A DNA stretch of 59,811 bases. It comes from Nitrospinota bacterium (lineage in GTDB: Bacteria; Nitrospinota; Nitrospinia; UBA9942). Both the position numbers and the translations under genes were made by a program. Positions within the stretch are counted from its first letter, which is position 1; each line of letters starts with the position of its first letter. The stretch is taken from assembly GCA_016194325.1 (NCBI GenBank), contig JACQBS010000026.1, positions 1 to 59,811 of the forward strand. Direction: 5' to 3'. The notes beneath the pieces were generated by a model. That model saw only the letters and a program-made list of their open reading frames with translations, did no database searches and was not told the DNA's origin. This document shows, piece after piece, positions 57,169 to 59,811 of this stretch.

Positions 57169-57282
57169 ACCCCGTTAGAAAACCCCAACCTGTGGGCGGG
57201 TATGAATAAAATTCCTTTCGGAGCAAACACGGGGTTTAAAGCCCTGTGTGAGCCCTGTAAGAGACCAAAGGTCTAACAGGGT
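57169..57282. mobile_element. MITE-like element with ACCC(C/T)GTTAGA terminal inverted repeats
   Basis: ACCCCGTTAGA (57169) and TCTAACAGGGT (57272-57282), one mismatch; internal hairpins ACACGGGG-TTTAAA-GCCCTGTGT. Confidence 0.55.
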
Positions 57283-57410
57283 TCATTAACCCTCCCCCTC
57301 AGTTTTTTTCAATATGCAGTCTTAAAAAATGCGTCTAAAAAGAATAGCATAAACTTAAAATATTTCAATAAAAAAGGTAATAAAAAAGATAGGTATAGAT
57401 GGATTAAAAA

Positions 57411-58124
57411 TTAACCCTTCAGATAAGGGTCTATCACGATATCTTCAATATCCACTCTGAGGGGTAATGAGGCGAGATATACAACCAAATCTGCAATATC
57501 ATCTACACTGTTAATATTAAGGGGGGCTTCCTTTGACCGGTCAATAGTGTTATTGGAATCCACCATATATGGATAGATAATATGAACTTTTATATTGTAA
57601 GGTTTTAGCTCCTTAGATAGAGCCTTTGAAAATCCTACAACACCAAACTTTGATGCCGAATAAAGAGCCTTCCCTTTAAGACCAATCCTGCCGCCTACTG
57701 ATGAGAAATTTATTATTGTCCCGCTCTTTCTCTCCATCATCCCTTTAAGCACACCCTTTGTGCAGAGGAACATACCTTTTAGATTTGCACCCATTATTTT
57801 TTCCCAGTCTTCAACAGTAGTATCCAAAACAGGTTTTTCTAAAAACTGCCCTGCATTGTTCACAAGAATATCTATCTTTTTAAATTTACTAAGGGCTTTT
57901 TCAACCATTTTATTAACCTGTCTCTCATCAGAAATATCAGTCTTTATTGGTAGTGCTGTTCCACCTGATTCATTTATAATTTTTGCTGTATTTTCTAATT
58001 CTGATTGATTCCTTGATACGAGAATTACAGATGAGCCTGCCTTTGCCATAGCAATGGCAATCCCCCGTCCTATCCCCCTCCCCGCACCTGTAATTAATGA
58101 AACCTTATCTTTAAATTTATTCAC
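57411..58124 (-). CDS. Classical short-chain dehydrogenase/reductase
   Basis: 'TGAGRGIG', 'NNAG', 'YSASK'; start moved to GTG 58124. Confidence 0.92.
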   Translation of the reverse strand: MNKFKDKVSLITGAGRGIGRGIAIAMAKAGSSVILVSRNQSELENTAKIINESGGTALPIKTDISDERQVNKMVEKALSKFKKIDILVNNAGQFLEKPVLDTTVEDWEKIMGANLKGMFLCTKGVLKGMMERKSGTIINFSSVGGRIGLKGKALYSASKFGVVGFSKALSKELKPYNIKVHIIYPYMVDSNNTIDRSKEAPLNINSVDDIADLVVYLASLPLRVDIEDIVIDPYLKG

Positions 58125-58150
58125 CTGAAAATACCCCCAGGGAACCGCAA

Positions 58151-58561
58151 CTAATCCTCTTTTGGCAACATTCCAGCCACCCAATCAAGAAACCTCTTTG
58201 CATGTTCTACCATATCTCTTGCCTCTGCCTGTATAATGTGTCTCTCTTCATATTCAACAAGATTCTTTTTTGCAATAACCCTTGAGACATGCCTCCCTGC
58301 TGTTGACGCTTTTTCTCCTATGATATCTTGAAGTAGTCCAACGACTTCCCTGTGGTCAAGTTCTACACTCCTTACCCCTCCATAATATACAATCACCGCA
58401 TCGCTGGCTGAGATTACAGTGTGGACAGCCTGCAACCCTGCAGAGTTCCACTTGCCTTCCCGAAGGGACATATCCATCATGGATGAGAAATCCTTTGCTT
58501 TTGCAAGAAAAGCCCTGTATTGATTTTTGTCAACAACCCTTGTCTTCCGCTTCTTTGTCAC
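58151..58561 (-). CDS. HEPN-domain protein
   Basis: 'WNSAGLQAVHTVISASDAV...HREVVGLL...KKNLVEY...MVEHAKRFLDW' HEPN helical pattern; follows an MNT gene. Confidence 0.75.
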   Translation of the reverse strand: MTKKRKTRVVDKNQYRAFLAKAKDFSSMMDMSLREGKWNSAGLQAVHTVISASDAVIVYYGGVRSVELDHREVVGLLQDIIGEKASTAGRHVSRVIAKKNLVEYEERHIIQAEARDMVEHAKRFLDWVAGMLPKED

Positions 58562-59166
58562 TTGAGCAGTTCCCCTAATGGCTTGCCGGAAAGCCTTATC
58601 CCTTCCCTCATTGCAGACTTGAGCATGGGGAGAGTCTTTTTATCCTTAATCTCATTGAATGTAAAACAATGCAGGGATAAAAGGCCGTTGAACCTTACAT
58701 TAAAGTAATGGACTTTTGATGATGCCTTCTCTTCCACCTCTCTTTTTCTTCTTTCATCCTTCACTATTGCTATAATATCTATGTCACTCCCCTTCTTCTC
58801 TTCACCTCTGACAATGCTTCCAAAGAGGACGAGACTCATCGTGTCTTTCCCGAAATGTGCCGTGATTTCTTTTTTCAGGTCATCAAACAGCGATGCCTCT
58901 GCCACGATACAAGGAATAATAATCTTTTCAACAAATATACTGTCTTTTGAGAAGGAGTACTGGTAGGCTTTCCCTGCTCTCCGCTGTTTTACTGCACCGA
59001 GTTCAACTAATGATTCCAATGCCTGTATCGCACCCTTGTGAGTAAATCCGGAAAGTTCCCCGATTTGTCTTCCACTCAGGGGTTGAGGAGAGTTAAATAG
59101 TACCCGAAGGATGCGAATCTTTGCAGGGCTGCTAAAGATTGACTCAAGAACTTTGTGCATCCTCAT
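58558..59166 (-). CDS. Winged-HTH plus minimal nucleotidyltransferase fusion
   Basis: N-terminal wHTH 'KIRILRVLF...SGRQIGEL'; C-terminal 'LFGSIVRGEEKKGSDIDII'. Confidence 0.8.
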   Translation of the reverse strand: MRMHKVLESIFSSPAKIRILRVLFNSPQPLSGRQIGELSGFTHKGAIQALESLVELGAVKQRRAGKAYQYSFSKDSIFVEKIIIPCIVAEASLFDDLKKEITAHFGKDTMSLVLFGSIVRGEEKKGSDIDIIAIVKDERRKREVEEKASSKVHYFNVRFNGLLSLHCFTFNEIKDKKTLPMLKSAMREGIRLSGKPLGELLK

Positions 59167-59281
59167 GCATGGATAGTATACTATCCACAATAAGAAGTCA
59201 AGTATCCATTGGCGAGGAGGTTTTCATATCTCCCCCTCCACAATCTCAATCTCCTGCCTTATGATAGCCTTCCTACTATCA

Positions 59282-59509
59282 TTATTTCCCACTCAAATAG
59301 TCAGCAAGGAGCCCCCGGCTGTGCTCATCATCATGGCAATACACGCACAAGTTTTCCCAGTTAGAGCCGTCAGGGGGATTATTAAGGTGGTTACCGTCTT
59401 TATGGTGCACGGTCAGCAATCGCTTATTTTTGTAAGTAAACTCCCGGGCGCATTTGGCGCAAATGAGCCCGTGGATTTTTAATGAACGTTCGCGGTAGTC
59501 GTTTTTCAT
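59282..59509 (-). CDS. YajD-family HNH nuclease
   Basis: 'DYRERSLKIHGLICAKC...LTVHHKDGNHLNNPPDGSNWENLCVYCHDDEHSR'; start moved to ATG 59509. Confidence 0.9.
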   Translation of the reverse strand: MKNDYRERSLKIHGLICAKCAREFTYKNKRLLTVHHKDGNHLNNPPDGSNWENLCVYCHDDEHSRGLLADYLSGK

Positions 59510-59811
59510 TGTCTCTATCCTAAAATAGGTGCTGTCACTAATTGCACCTTGCTTTAAAAAGTGGAGGCACAATCCCTTTATATATCCATACGGCAAGGAT
59601 GAGCAATTCTCCAACAAAAAAGCTATAATTCAAGATTTGACCAGACCCTATTTTCATTTAGACATAGGTAACACCTAACGAGTCTGTAGAAAAAGTCAGT
59701 TTACAATAGGATATTTTTTCTTGGTTGCTTTGTAAAGCATTTTTTATTAGTTGTTTTCTTGCAATGAACTCATTCTATTCTCTTTTTGTTGTTGTCTGCC
59801 GCTGCACTCAG

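Noticed and set aside
59640-59811. Possible gene end or cassette junction at the right edge
   Set aside because: Too little sequence; no ORF or structure can be supported.

Overview
AT-rich chromosomal window from a diderm (LPS-making) bacterium. Gene style and content resemble Nitrospinota/Nitrospirota/Desulfobacterota-type genomes; this is inference, not a database result. The backbone is housekeeping: sugar-nucleotide enzymes, purN, mutS, split transketolase, ftsE, rlmN, rsmI, rnr, ppiD-like, aspS, Kef-type antiporter, comEC, pcm, ligA, tmRNA, parAB, korDABC and sucCD. It is peppered with small toxin-antitoxin and nuclease genes. Three things stand out. (1) Two Cyc2-like monoheme cytochrome-porin genes lie within 4.3 kb, one with the hallmarks of the Cluster 1 Fe(II)-oxidase type. 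(2) An NtrX-like response regulator with a degenerate AAA+ domain is fused in-frame to an intact LpxC, downstream of its NtrY-like kinase. (3) Several families of miniature palindromic or short-period repeat elements occur at gene junctions and also in-frame inside conserved genes (mutS, ligA, rnr, rlmN, comEC, a phosphohexomutase and others), where they add short peptides. A GIY-YIG nuclease gene bracketed by one repeat family is a candidate mobiliser. No CRISPR array, rRNA, tRNA, transposase or integrase was recognised. All family assignments come from motif recognition by eye; no searches were run.
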